This document shows positions 34,501 through 44,848 of a stretch of 53,232 nucleotides of DNA, in pieces. The position numbers were made by a program, and so were the translations under genes. Positions within the stretch are counted from its first letter, which is position 1. Every line of letters starts with the position of its first letter. The DNA is from a virus (taxonomy: Duplodnaviria; Caudoviricetes): IMG/VR virus record IMGVR_UViG_3300044615_001001, positions 1 through 53,232 of that record; one strand, given 5' to 3'. The notes under the pieces were generated by a model. That model was not told where the DNA came from, made no database searches, and was given only the letters and a program-made list of their open reading frames with translations.

Positions 34501-35229
34501 TCAGAGCGTCGAGAGGTACGTGTCGAGGTCGGCGATGTCTTGGTCGGCCGTCGAGTGACCGATCGCGATGACAGCGCCCTTGATCACGCCGTCCCAGAAC
34601 TGCGCCGCGTTGCCGTACATGCCGAGCCAGACGCTGTTCGTGTCAGCGGTCAGCGTCGATGGGATGGTGCCCGTGTAGCTCGGCGACTGGAGCGAGCCGT
34701 TGAGGTACATGCGGAGACGGTTGCTGTTGCCGCTCAGTGAGCCGTCGTAGCGCACGATGATGCGCGACGTGACGCCCGCACTGAGCGCGCTCGAGATCTC
34801 ACCGAAGTTGCTGCCGGGCGTGCCCGCGTGCCAGCGCATGCCGGTCGTGTTGCTCTGCATGCTCCACGTGCCGCTGCCCGCCTGCGACTTGCAGATTGGC
34901 ACTCGGTTGCTCGTGGTAACGTCGGGGTTGACCGAGATGCCAACGATCAGTGTCGTGGTCGCGTCGAGCGTGGCATCGTCCGGAACCTCAAGACGGTCGT
35001 TCGTGCCATCGAAGATCACGCCCGTGCCGCTCGTGTAGGTCGGCTGGTTCGTGGCCTCGGTCGCGTCGTTGCCCTTGCCGGACTGGTCCCCCCACGTGCT
35101 GACGGGCGAGCCGCTCACGCCGGTCACGTGAGTGAGCCACATGCCGAGCGTGCTGCCGAAGATCGACAGCGGGTCAGGTGCCGCAGCGGCGCGCTTGCGC
35201 GCGCACGACATGAGACTCGCGCTCATCAT
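34501..35229 (-). CDS. LamG/concanavalin-A-like domain protein (paralog 2)
   Basis: WGDQSGKGN, FDGTND, MYLNG, WDGVI. Confidence 0.8.
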   Translation of the reverse strand: MMSASLMSCARKRAAAAPDPLSIFGSTLGMWLTHVTGVSGSPVSTWGDQSGKGNDATEATNQPTYTSGTGVIFDGTNDRLEVPDDATLDATTTLIVGISVNPDVTTSNRVPICKSQAGSGTWSMQSNTTGMRWHAGTPGSNFGEISSALSAGVTSRIIVRYDGSLSGNSNRLRMYLNGSLQSPSYTGTIPSTLTADTNSVWLGMYGNAAQFWDGVIKGAVIAIGHSTADQDIADLDTYLSTL

Positions 35230-36167
35230 GTCAGCGCCGAGCCTCCGGTCACCCACCAGTTCGTCCCGTCGCTCACGACGTGCCAGCGGCCGTAATCCGC
35301 GTCACTTGAGCCGGGAAGGTCGAGGTTGGCCGCACTGCCGTTGATGCTCTCCGAGGCGTGCCGCGCCAGCGTGATCTTGTTCGTCCCGGTGTTGGTCTTA
35401 GTGATGCAGAACTGGCGGCCCTCGCCGTCGTCTGTCGGCGAAGGAAGGGTCAGTGTCACCACGCCGGAGCCGGTGTTGACAAAGCACGTAGTGTCCTTGC
35501 CAGGAAGCGTGGTGTTGCTCGAGATCGACTGCACCCGAACCGCATCGGCGCGAATCCACCACGCGTCACCCGCATCGTTGCCGGATTGCAGGTACAGCCG
35601 TCCCTTGTCGCCAGACGTCTGGTGCCAGAAGGAGCCGGGTAGCCAGCCGTACGTTGACACCGAGTCTGTGGCATCAACTGGCGCCCCAGACCGCTGCCAC
35701 ACGGCGCGCGTCTGCGGAGCAAGCGGGAACGTCCACCAGTCTGTCCCGTCACACGTCACCAGGAACGCGGCGTAAGCGTGAGCGTACCCCGTGACGTCTA
35801 CCACGTTGTCCGTGCCATAGAGCACGCGACTCGCGGCCACGTTGTCGATCTTCTCAGAGCCCGCGCGCGCGAGCGTGATCGTCTCACTCGCCGTGCCGTC
35901 GATCTTCTGGATGATGTACATCCGGCCGGCGCTCGGCGTCGGAAGTGTGAGCGTGGTTGCGCCGGATGCGTGGCTGCACTGCACAACGCGATTGCTGTCT
36001 GCGAGCGTGGCGGTCGTGCCGGTGACGAGCGTGTAGCTCCAGCCACCGAGAGCCGCGATCGCCGCCGCAGTCGTGCGGACGCTCGAGCCGCTCTGCACGA
36101 TGCGCACGAGCTCGCTGCCGGTCAGCGCGCTTGCCGCTGACTCGTCGGATGTCTTGGTGTTCGCCAC
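35226..36167 (-). CDS. Tail-fibre protein with duplicated TLP...DGTxWW domain
   Basis: Two internal repeats TLTLP...ITLAR..SE.I....A...DGT[DN]WW. Confidence 0.7.
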   Translation of the reverse strand: MANTKTSDESAASALTGSELVRIVQSGSSVRTTAAAIAALGGWSYTLVTGTTATLADSNRVVQCSHASGATTLTLPTPSAGRMYIIQKIDGTASETITLARAGSEKIDNVAASRVLYGTDNVVDVTGYAHAYAAFLVTCDGTDWWTFPLAPQTRAVWQRSGAPVDATDSVSTYGWLPGSFWHQTSGDKGRLYLQSGNDAGDAWWIRADAVRVQSISSNTTLPGKDTTCFVNTGSGVVTLTLPSPTDDGEGRQFCITKTNTGTNKITLARHASESINGSAANLDLPGSSDADYGRWHVVSDGTNWWVTGGSALT

Positions 36168-36170
36168 TTG

Positions 36171-36851
36171 CTACTCCCGCAGCTCGATGCCGCCGTCTTC
36201 GCGAAGCTCGTAAGAGCCGTCCTCGCGAAGCTCGTAGTTGGTCGTGCCGTCGATCCGCACGTACTGACGCGCCATGACCGAGAGCAGCTCGACAGTGGGC
36301 TTGCTGCCCGAGTGCGAGCACCACACCTCGAAATGCGCGGTGCGGCGCAGTGCGCCCGAGCCGCTGCCGTCGGGGCGCAGCGCGAAGTCAGACGCGAAGC
36401 GCGCGCCGGGCACGTACAACTCGCCGCGCACCGTCTCCGCGGTGGTGCTCGACATCGTGTGTTCGTTCTGCGTCTCGCTTGTCAGCGCGAAGAACGGGCC
36501 GATGCGAATGGGCGCAATGCGCACGCCGATCGTGATGCTGCCGGAGCCGCCGCTGCGCCGGTACCGGATGCGATAGACGACCTTGCTCGAGCCGCCGTCG
36601 CGCGCCTCGATTGGCTCGTACGCCCAGCGTCCGACGAGGACGTGATAGACGCTGTTGGGGTCGGTCTGACGCAGCGTCGGAGTGCCGCCCGTGGGCGTTA
36701 CGATGTTGACGATGTGGCTGTGATGCGCGTCGTAGAGGTGCTGTGTGTTCGCGACGAGCAGGTCACTCACGAAGCCCGCGTCTACACCGTCGTCCTCAGA
36801 GAGCAGGCCCTCGATGCCGCGGACGTAGCCGCTGCGAAACGAGGTGCTCAT
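36171..36851 (-). CDS. Putative minor tail protein
   Basis: C-terminal ELREDG repeats. Confidence 0.6.
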   Translation of the reverse strand: MSTSFRSGYVRGIEGLLSEDDGVDAGFVSDLLVANTQHLYDAHHSHIVNIVTPTGGTPTLRQTDPNSVYHVLVGRWAYEPIEARDGGSSKVVYRIRYRRSGGSGSITIGVRIAPIRIGPFFALTSETQNEHTMSSTTAETVRGELYVPGARFASDFALRPDGSGSGALRRTAHFEVWCSHSGSKPTVELLSVMARQYVRIDGTTNYELREDGSYELREDGGIELRE

Positions 36852-39622
36852 GGTGTGAACCTGTACGGTGCGCGGGTGGTGCTCGACGTGTGCACGCGCA
36901 TGTCGTCGCGCGCGAGGAAGGCATACGACTGGAGCTGCCCGGTCGCGATGCCGCTCGTGTCAGACGGCGAGAAGCACAGATTCCACGTGCTCGATCCAGG
37001 TGTCCAGCTCGCGTCGAGCTCAAGGCCGACGTTGTTGCCGCTCACGCTCGTCACAGTGCCAGTGCGCACCGTCGGCGACTCGACGTCGTACTGGTACAGG
37101 CGCACCTTGTAGCCGACCGCGAAGAAGCTCGCGTCAGCGACGCTGCCGCCAGGCCCGTATTCGTCAGCGTCGAGCGTGACTGTCCACGTCGTGCCCGAGC
37201 CACTCTGCGAGGTGACGCGACCCGTGGGCGCGTAGCCGGCGAGCGTCAGGCCATCAAAGAGCAGCGTGAGCTCCACGCACGGCTCGGCGAAGCGCCACGA
37301 CCGCCCGATGACGGTAGAGCGCAGCGACACGATGCCGCCGCCCGCGCCGTCGATCTGGCGCTGCCGGTCGTATGGCAGTTGCGGGATGGTCGCGAAGACG
37401 CAGTCGCCGATCAGCGCGTCGTAGAAGGGGAGCGTCACGGGCACGCGCGCGGAGAACCGAATACGCGACCACAGCGACACCTTGCCGTAGCAGTGTCCGA
37501 TCAGCTCCTCGGGGGACGGCTCTGCGCCCGCAGGGCGGCTCTTCGGCGCGATGGACAGCGCGAGGTACTGCCGTTGTGCCGCGAGGGCACCGAGGGCCAC
37601 CACGCGCACTGGCTCACCCTTGTGCTCGTCTTCGATCGAGTCGTAGTTCTGCGAGACCTCGAGCCCCGAGAGCATGCCGTCGGGCTCGACGACGAGATCG
37701 CCGAAGCCATCGGACGTGATGATGTCTTCGGTGCCGAGCGCGTGGTCAGCGGTGAGGCGCGGCACAAGCGGACGGATCGTGATCGCGCCCGTGACGGTCG
37801 TGGCGAGGTACGCGCCGAGGAGCCGCAGCTCGTGCTTCACGACGTCGGCGAAGCTGACGTTCGTCGCCCACGCATACCGCCTGTAGAGCAGCCATGAGCG
37901 CCCGCCCGCGGCCTCCTCGACGGCGGCGTTGATCGTCGCCTCGCCGTCGAGGTCAGTGGTCAGCAGGAAAGGCACGGTGCCCGCATTCGCGAGGCTCGGC
38001 GCGAGTCCGGCGAGCGTGCGGAGCATCTGGCCGACGTGGCCGGTGCCGAGGTCGCGAACGAGCGTGACGGTTGGAAGCGATGCCGGCGTGACGATGGTGA
38101 GACCGAAGATGCTCGCGCCCGTCAGCGACAGCGTGAGCGCCTCGCCGCTGAGCGCGCGCATCGAGTCGGGGTCCCACGTGACAGCGCCAGTGCCGGCGTC
38201 TACCGCTGTGACCGTGGCCTCCCACGCGTAACCAAAGCCGTCCTCAGTGATGACGTCCTGCGTGACGCGGATCGTGTCTCCAGCGGCGACGCCAGCCGAT
38301 CGGCCGATGTACAGCCGATGCCACGGGTAGGTCGCGATGTCGGCGGCCGTGCCGGGCACGGTGCCGACTGGAGCATGGAGGCCACGCGGCACGCCGCGCA
38401 GACCTGCCGCAGCGGGTCGCCATCCAGCGTCAGTGAACGGGTATCCGGACCACGTGACGCGCATCTCCTCGCTCGCGCTCACGGAGTCTGCGTAAAGCGA
38501 TCCGGGCGGCGTGCTTGGCGACTGCAACTGTCCGGAGAACCACCCGTCGATCACGCTCCCGCCCATGCAGGACACGTAGCGAGGGTCAGTCGATGCGATG
38601 CGAACGAAGAGCTCCCAGCCGTAACCGACCGGCCGCGCCTCGAACACGAGATCGCCCCATGACGCGACGGTGGCGTTGTCGTTAAGGGCAGTTGTGACCG
38701 CGTTGCAGAACGCGTCCTGCGTCTCCCATCGGCCAGAGAGCACGATGGTCGTGCCCGCGTCGACCTCCGAGCGCGTGGTGTTGTCCGCGCGTCGGAAGAC
38801 AGAGAACCGGAACGGGCTGTGTCCGGGGTAGTAGATCCCCGTGATGACACCGGCGCCCTCTTTCGGGCCGATGTCCGTGTCGAGCAGCGAGGTCAGCGGC
38901 GCGAGCGAGAGGCTCCACGTCGCGCCGTCGCTGAGCGTCGGAGCGGTCCCGACGATGCCGCGCGCGATGAGCGAGCCGCTGTCGTGCGCGTCGGTGCTCG
39001 GCGAGATGGCGTGGCCGTAGATCCACACGCGACGACGCCGGTAGGTGGGCGGCGCGTCGAACATCGCGCAGAGAAGCGTGGAGTCGCCGGTCAGCGTCGA
39101 GGTTGCGACGTAGTGGCTCTGAGCGGTCGTGCGCCACACGCCGCGCGTCACCGTGATCGCGGTCGCGCTGTCGATGGAGTCGACGCGCACGGCCTCGGTG
39201 TCGACGTGATAGACCTCTCCGGCCGTCAGACCAGCGGTGCTGCGCAGCGTCCACGACGTCGCGCTCGCGTCGACAGTGGCCGCGAGGTACGCGACGTCTT
39301 GCGGGACACGCGAGAACACAGACGAGGCTGCGCGGAGGTTCCACGCGATGCTGTCGTCCGTGTCCTCGATCGTGATGCTGCCGAGGCTCGCGCGGTAGTC
39401 CGCGCCAGGCAGGTACACGCTCTCCTGAAAGCTCAGCCCGTCACGTCGCAGGCCGCCCACGCGGCGCACGCCCTCGACGTCATAGCCGTCCTCGGTCGCA
39501 CCGCTGCCGAGCAGCTCAGCCATCTCGTGCGACGAGCAGAACTCGAGCGGGCACCCCTCGACGGCCACGCGCAGATCGAACGCGCCGCCGCCGAGGTCGA
39601 GCACCTGCGTGACGAACGACAT
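36848..39622 (-). CDS. Large tail tip/hub protein
   Basis: 924 aa, second gene after the tape measure. Confidence 0.7.
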   Translation of the reverse strand: MSFVTQVLDLGGGAFDLRVAVEGCPLEFCSSHEMAELLGSGATEDGYDVEGVRRVGGLRRDGLSFQESVYLPGADYRASLGSITIEDTDDSIAWNLRAASSVFSRVPQDVAYLAATVDASATSWTLRSTAGLTAGEVYHVDTEAVRVDSIDSATAITVTRGVWRTTAQSHYVATSTLTGDSTLLCAMFDAPPTYRRRRVWIYGHAISPSTDAHDSGSLIARGIVGTAPTLSDGATWSLSLAPLTSLLDTDIGPKEGAGVITGIYYPGHSPFRFSVFRRADNTTRSEVDAGTTIVLSGRWETQDAFCNAVTTALNDNATVASWGDLVFEARPVGYGWELFVRIASTDPRYVSCMGGSVIDGWFSGQLQSPSTPPGSLYADSVSASEEMRVTWSGYPFTDAGWRPAAAGLRGVPRGLHAPVGTVPGTAADIATYPWHRLYIGRSAGVAAGDTIRVTQDVITEDGFGYAWEATVTAVDAGTGAVTWDPDSMRALSGEALTLSLTGASIFGLTIVTPASLPTVTLVRDLGTGHVGQMLRTLAGLAPSLANAGTVPFLLTTDLDGEATINAAVEEAAGGRSWLLYRRYAWATNVSFADVVKHELRLLGAYLATTVTGAITIRPLVPRLTADHALGTEDIITSDGFGDLVVEPDGMLSGLEVSQNYDSIEDEHKGEPVRVVALGALAAQRQYLALSIAPKSRPAGAEPSPEELIGHCYGKVSLWSRIRFSARVPVTLPFYDALIGDCVFATIPQLPYDRQRQIDGAGGGIVSLRSTVIGRSWRFAEPCVELTLLFDGLTLAGYAPTGRVTSQSGSGTTWTVTLDADEYGPGGSVADASFFAVGYKVRLYQYDVESPTVRTGTVTSVSGNNVGLELDASWTPGSSTWNLCFSPSDTSGIATGQLQSYAFLARDDMRVHTSSTTRAPYRFTP

Positions 39623-40375
39623 TCAGAGGCTCCCGAGGCGCACCGCATCGACACGCACGCGCCACGCGAAGTCGGCGTCACGGTACTGACGCTCGTGCGT
39701 CGAGTCGTCCCAGTCGGGCGTGCGCAGTTGCCAGACGCCAGCGGGCTCAGGGTCGCCGGCCTCGGGCGTGAGGCTCACGAGCTCCTGTGTCGGGCCTGCG
39801 TGCTCCCACAGATGCTGCCACGTCCACGGCACGGCCGACGTGGCTGCGTAGGAGTGCACGGCTGCAACGGGCTCGTGCTGGTGCTCCCACTGCGCCGTGA
39901 CGACTGCGCGCGTCGGGCGCGCAACGTATCCGCGGCCGTCGTCAGCCTCCTTGCGCATCGAGCGCTGAGCGTGACGAAGACCCGTGTACGCGCTGCGCGC
40001 ATCGAGGCGCGGCACGATCACGTAGTAGGGCCGCACGTCGCTCGCGTGCGAGGTTGCGGTCGCGCCCGTCGAGCGCCCGAGGATGCGCCTCATGAGCGTC
40101 CCCGCGCTCGAGCCGGGAAACGCGATGGTGAAGCTGCCGCCGCCGTTGCTGAGCGTGTACGCGTGCGTGGTCGTCGAGTAGCTGACGGTGGCGCTCGCGA
40201 AGCCAGCGGTGACGAGCGCGGCCTGGAGCGCCGCCGCGAACGCCGTGCACGTCGAGTCGACAGACGCGAACGAGACGTGTGCGTAGTGGCCGCTCGCGAT
40301 GCTCACGGGCGTGCCGCCCCACGTGATCGTCGCGGTGCCGACGCGCTCGTGACGCCAGGCCGAGAGGAGGTACAT
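39623..40375 (-). CDS. Putative distal tail protein
   Basis: Directly downstream of the tape measure. Confidence 0.55.
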   Translation of the reverse strand: MYLLSAWRHERVGTATITWGGTPVSIASGHYAHVSFASVDSTCTAFAAALQAALVTAGFASATVSYSTTTHAYTLSNGGGSFTIAFPGSSAGTLMRRILGRSTGATATSHASDVRPYYVIVPRLDARSAYTGLRHAQRSMRKEADDGRGYVARPTRAVVTAQWEHQHEPVAAVHSYAATSAVPWTWQHLWEHAGPTQELVSLTPEAGDPEPAGVWQLRTPDWDDSTHERQYRDADFAWRVRVDAVRLGSL

Positions 40376-40376
40376 G

Positions 40377-42065
40377 TCAGCCTCCGATCAGCGAGGGATC
40401 GACGCGGAAGCCCTCGCGGGCCGACTCGTTGAGCGCGTCGACCACGCCTGCGTACATGTCGCGGCGCGTGACGAAGCCACCGGGGTAGACGTTGATTGTG
40501 ACGGGCTGCGACGGTGCCGCGGTCGTGCTCGCGTCAGTGGGCGTGACGCTCTGAGACGCGCCCGCGCCGCTCGCGTCCTTGCCGCCGCCACCGAACGCAC
40601 CGATCGCGCCGCCGACAGCGCCAGCGGCGACGCCGACAGCGCCCCACGCAGCGGCCGCAGCGAAGTGCAACGCGGCCGTGTCGTACTTGTAGCTAGCGAG
40701 GTCGGCGATGCCGCGCGCGGTCTCCGTGACAGCTTGCACGATCGACTCGATGACGAGCGCCTTGAGGACGCCCTTCACCATGTCCTCGGCGGCCTCAACA
40801 AAGCTCTTCGATCCGTCGAGCCACGCGCCGAGCGCGGACTCGAAAGCGCCAACCATCGTGCCGCCGACGACGTCCGCGATCTCGTTGCCGACCGACGTCA
40901 TGCCGACGCGCATCAGCTCGGACTGCGAGAGCATCGCCTGGCCCGCGCGCTGCTGCGCCTCGCGTGCGTCGCGCCACGCCTCGATCACGTCGTCGATGGA
41001 GCCGCGCCACGAGTCGTTGAAGGTGGCGGATGCCTCGCGCGCTGCGTCTGCGAGCTCGCGCTGCTGCTCGATGGCCTGCCGCTGCATCTCGGCCATCTCA
41101 CGAGCGCGTTCCTTCTCGGCTTCGAAACGCTCCTCCGCCTTCTCGGCGTAGGCGTCCGTGCCGAGGCCTGCCGCGAAGGTCAACGCGTCCGCGCCGCCCG
41201 CGTCTGCGTCGGCGATCATCTGTCGCAGTGCCGCGCCGTTGTCGGAGCGGAACGTGTCGCGCTCGGGGCGAGCGCCACCGCGACTCCGCCCACCCTCGTC
41301 GCCCGTGTCTCCGGGCATGCGACCGGTGGCGATGAAGTCCGCCGCGTCGGCCTCCATGTCCTGCTGCGCCTGCGAAAGCGCGTCGCGCGCAGACGACAGA
41401 CGCTGCTCGGTGAGAGCGCGTGCCTGGCCAACCGCCGTCAGCGCGCGGAGGTTCTGCTCGCTCGCCGCCATCGAAGAGAGGGCGCGCGCCGTCTCGTTGA
41501 GGTTCTGTAGCGTGCGCTCCTGGAGCGCGACCGCAGCCTGCTGCTCCTCGAGCGAACCGAGGCCCATCGCGAGCGTGTCTCGCTGCGATCGCTCGCGGTT
41601 CACGTTGCGGATCGACTCGAGCAGGCTGTCGTACGACGCTGCCTGCGTGTCGATCGTGACAGTCAACTCGGACGTGACGTCGGCCGCAGCAGCGGCGATC
41701 AGGCGGTACGCGGTGAGCCCGAGCGTGGCCGCGCCGAGCGCCACACCAAGCGGTCCCATCGCGCCCGACAGCGCGCCGACAGCGCCGCCGAGCTGAGAAA
41801 TCGCCGCACTCGCGGTGCGGCCAAGTGGCGAGAACTCTCCGAGCGAAGCTGCGAACGCGCCGAGTGCGGCCACGCTCTGACCGGTGCGCTGGCCGACCTG
41901 CTGCACGCTCGTGCCAAGCTGCGCGACCGCGCGCGCCGAGGTCTGCGCCGCTCGCGCGGTGGTCTGCGCAGCCGTGCGATTGGCCTCGGCAACGCGCCCA
42001 ACGTCGCGGATCGAGCCCTCGACGTTGTTGACGCGCACGCCGAACTCGAGATCGAAGTCGCTCAT
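40377..42065 (-). CDS. Tape measure protein
   Basis: Ala/Gly-rich helical protein with C-terminal PVTINVY; synteny. Confidence 0.8.
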   Translation of the reverse strand: MSDFDLEFGVRVNNVEGSIRDVGRVAEANRTAAQTTARAAQTSARAVAQLGTSVQQVGQRTGQSVAALGAFAASLGEFSPLGRTASAAISQLGGAVGALSGAMGPLGVALGAATLGLTAYRLIAAAAADVTSELTVTIDTQAASYDSLLESIRNVNRERSQRDTLAMGLGSLEEQQAAVALQERTLQNLNETARALSSMAASEQNLRALTAVGQARALTEQRLSSARDALSQAQQDMEADAADFIATGRMPGDTGDEGGRSRGGARPERDTFRSDNGAALRQMIADADAGGADALTFAAGLGTDAYAEKAEERFEAEKERAREMAEMQRQAIEQQRELADAAREASATFNDSWRGSIDDVIEAWRDAREAQQRAGQAMLSQSELMRVGMTSVGNEIADVVGGTMVGAFESALGAWLDGSKSFVEAAEDMVKGVLKALVIESIVQAVTETARGIADLASYKYDTAALHFAAAAAWGAVGVAAGAVGGAIGAFGGGGKDASGAGASQSVTPTDASTTAAPSQPVTINVYPGGFVTRRDMYAGVVDALNESAREGFRVDPSLIGG

Positions 42066-42616
42066 GGTCGGCCTCGTCCCTTCTTCGCTGCACGCTCGCT
42101 GAGTTGCTTCTGGCGCTCTTGCTCGCGCTTCTTGCGGTCCTCGCCCATGTCGTGAGCGCGGATCGCGTTGAGCGCGGCGTCGTAGACCTCGAGCCCGCGG
42201 ATCAGCGCGACGGGCGGGTCATTGCCCCACACGAGATGGAGCGATCGTTCTTTCCAGTGGCGGTAGGCGCGCAGCACCTCGCCGATGAACGGATCCTCGT
42301 ACGCGCGCCACGGGCACCCGTCGTACCGCTGGCCGGTGATGGTCTCGACGTTCCGCGCGACCTGCTCTGCCGCGTCCTCGCGCGAGAGCACGCGCAGCCT
42401 GCGCACCTTGCCGTCGCAGTCGCACTGATGGCTGTCGCGCAGCGCGCGCGCCGCTTCGTGCACGCCACGCGCGGCGGGGAGGGCCTTCAGGTGGAGGAGG
42501 TCTTTGCCTGCGCGCTCAACGCCTGCTCCGCACGGAGGCGGGCCTCCATCGACGTGAGCTCGTCCAGCGATGACTGCGGCACCGTGTAGGGCACGGAGCC
42601 GCCCGCGGCTTTTCCC
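42062..42616 (-). CDS. Tail assembly chaperone T frame (probably reached by -1 frameshift)
   Basis: Open -1 frame from the G-GGA-AAA site to the tape measure start. Confidence 0.55.
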   Translation of the reverse strand, partial: GKSRGRLRALHGAAVIAGRAHVDGGPPPCGAGVERAGKDLLHLKALPAARGVHEAARALRDSHQCDCDGKVRRLRVLSREDAAEQVARNVETITGQRYDGCPWRAYEDPFIGEVLRAYRHWKERSLHLVWGNDPPVALIRGLEVYDAALNAIRAHDMGEDRKKREQERQKQLSERAAKKGRGRP

Positions 42617-43038
42617 CGCAGCGTCCGCTCGTAGATGACCGTCCCGATCTCGTAGATGGCGGCGCGGCCGAACGTCTCTTGGATGGCCTCGAGCTCCGAG
42701 TCGCTCCACGCGCACTGGTCGCGGCCGTTCATGCGCATCGTCGGACGCAGGCACGCGCCCACACGCGGGCCCATCTCGTCAGCGTCGCGGATCTCGATGC
42801 AGCCGAGCCAGAACGAGCGCACGACCATCTCACTCGCGTTCGCGCTGCGCTCGACCGCGCCGCAGTCGACGTTGCCCAGCGGGCGCACGACGAACCGCAC
42901 CGCGCGCTGTCCGGGCAGCTCACGGATCTTGAGCGGATCGCGGGTCTGCGCGTAGTCGCGCCGCTCGCTCGGAGAGAGCGCGAGCGCGGGGTCAGTCGCG
43001 CGCACGACCTCGATCGTACGCACCAGCGGATCTGCCAT
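42487..43038 (-). CDS. Tail assembly chaperone (gpG-like)
   Basis: AGGAGG RBS; lies between the major tail and tape measure genes; in-phase slippery heptamer at 42616..42610. Confidence 0.7.
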   Translation of the reverse strand: MADPLVRTIEVVRATDPALALSPSERRDYAQTRDPLKIRELPGQRAVRFVVRPLGNVDCGAVERSANASEMVVRSFWLGCIEIRDADEMGPRVGACLRPTMRMNGRDQCAWSDSELEAIQETFGRAAIYEIGTVIYERTLRGKAAGGSVPYTVPQSSLDELTSMEARLRAEQALSAQAKTSST

Positions 43039-43062
43039 GTCCCACCTCCTCGAATCTTTGCG

Positions 43063-44313
43063 TCAGGAGAACGACAGCCGGAACGGAGCGCGGCGGAATG
43101 CCGTGCTCTGACTCGTCTTGTTTTCGTCCTCGAGCACGCGGCACGTGATCGTCATGCCGCGACGGCCACCCGCGTCGGCCTCGGCGACATCCGTGATCTG
43201 CACGGTGCCGCATTCGATGGCGCGGAAGTCGCCGGCCGCTCCACCGCAGAACGCCGCGAGCTGGTACTTCGTCCGGTTGTCGCGCGCCGTGCGGTACGTC
43301 TTCGCAGTCGTCGACTCGATCGGCATCGTGAACTGGACCTGGGGCGCGTCGCCGCGCTCGCGCCACATCTGCCGGATGCCCTGCGTCCCGTGCGGGCTCG
43401 CGATCGGCGTGTGGCTGATGTTGGGCGTGAAGGTGAACGACGTGAAATCGATCAACGTGCGGGTCGTGCTCGCGATGGGACCGAACAGCAGGCCGCCCTT
43501 GACGAACGCGCTCGGCTCGCCGCCATCGTACGTCGCCTCAGCGATCGCGCTGCCGCCCTGCGGCGTCGCGATGGTGTCGTCGTGGTAGTCGACCGCGCCC
43601 TGTAGCGATGCGGTCCACTGCGGCAGATCGCCGAGCGCCATCGTCACGCCGAACGACGTCGCCTGCATGCCGCAGAGAAGGAAGATGTGCTCGCGGTTGA
43701 CCGCGGCCTCCCACAGCACCTGGAGCGACGTCTGCGCGACGCTCGGCTCCTCGGGCCACACGTGGAGGCTGTTGAGGACCACCGCGAGCGGCGTGGGCGC
43801 GGCGCTGAACTCCCACGCGAAGGTGAGCGCATCGGTGGACACCGTCTTGACCACGTTCCACTGGTACGTGCCGCCGATGTCGACCCACACGTGGCCACCA
43901 GGCGTGAAGCGCGAGCCGTGACCCGACGCGACCGTGAATCCCGTGGCGCTCGGCGAGGGAGATGCCGCGACCGTCGAGCCAGCGCCGGGCGACGTGTAGC
44001 CGCCGAGGATGCTCTCGAGGACCTTGGCCTGCGCGGTCTTGGTGATGGACGCTGCCGCGTTGATCGTCTGGCCGGAGCCGACGAAGTAGCTCGCGAGCTC
44101 GTACGCGGGGCGATCGAAGCCGAGCACGCTCAGGCGTCGCTGCCAGTACCGCTGCACCACCGAACTGTCCTCAAGCATCTGCTGCCCGAAGCCCGGCGTC
44201 GCCTCCATCGTCCGAATGTCGAAGAGATCGCCGATCGTGCCGGTCATGTCGGCCGCGTACGTGCTCTCCACGCCGATACGGACGCGAGCGATGCCCGGAG
44301 TCATGAAGGTCAT
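43063..44313 (-). CDS. Major tail (tube) protein
   Basis: 416 aa, IGVESTY N-terminal motif, synteny; no sheath gene present. Confidence 0.7.
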   Translation of the reverse strand: MTFMTPGIARVRIGVESTYAADMTGTIGDLFDIRTMEATPGFGQQMLEDSSVVQRYWQRRLSVLGFDRPAYELASYFVGSGQTINAAASITKTAQAKVLESILGGYTSPGAGSTVAASPSPSATGFTVASGHGSRFTPGGHVWVDIGGTYQWNVVKTVSTDALTFAWEFSAAPTPLAVVLNSLHVWPEEPSVAQTSLQVLWEAAVNREHIFLLCGMQATSFGVTMALGDLPQWTASLQGAVDYHDDTIATPQGGSAIAEATYDGGEPSAFVKGGLLFGPIASTTRTLIDFTSFTFTPNISHTPIASPHGTQGIRQMWRERGDAPQVQFTMPIESTTAKTYRTARDNRTKYQLAAFCGGAAGDFRAIECGTVQITDVAEADAGGRRGMTITCRVLEDENKTSQSTAFRRAPFRLSFS

Positions 44314-44317
44314 GCGG

Positions 44318-44848
44318 TCACTCCATCCGTAGAGTCAGAGAGATCGGGAACTGGTCGACGCAAGCGATGAAGCCGCGCTGCTCTGCGCGCGTCGGTCCGA
44401 TGACTCGGTGCCCGATCGACGTGAGCGCGCCACCGTCGATGCCGGTCTCCTCGCCAGCCATCGTGAGCGTCAGAGCTCCAGGCCAGCACAGGGCCGCTCG
44501 CACGAGGTGCGAGTCGTCGGTCGCTGTCACGTACGCGCGCTCCGACTCGGCCGAGAAGAGGTCGTTGCCTGCGCGGTAGCGCCGCACGATCTCGCAGATG
44601 CCGGAGTATCGAAGTCGGTCGCCGGGAGCGACCTCGGGCTGCGGTGCAGCGGAGAGGTCGCGAAGGTAGACGAAGCAGGCGCGTCCGAGCTTGATCGCCT
44701 CGGCCTCGTTGCCCGCCTCGCCGCGCTGTGCAGCGGGGGCGCGCTTGAAGAGCCGGTCCTCGGCAAGCGCGCGCGTGCGTCCGGTGACCAGCGTGAGCGA
44801 CTCGTAGATCGCCTCGAGCGCTGGTCGCGTGGACGTCGGGAAGGTCAT
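44318..44848 (-). CDS. Putative tail terminator
   Basis: Synteny. Confidence 0.5.
   Translation of the reverse strand: MTFPTSTRPALEAIYESLTLVTGRTRALAEDRLFKRAPAAQRGEAGNEAEAIKLGRACFVYLRDLSAAPQPEVAPGDRLRYSGICEIVRRYRAGNDLFSAESERAYVTATDDSHLVRAALCWPGALTLTMAGEETGIDGGALTSIGHRVIGPTRAEQRGFIACVDQFPISLTLRME

Noticed and set aside
38819-40432. 537-aa + strand ORF
   Set aside because: R/A/G-rich shadow ORF opposite tail genes, with no domain signal, unlike the intein antisense ORF.
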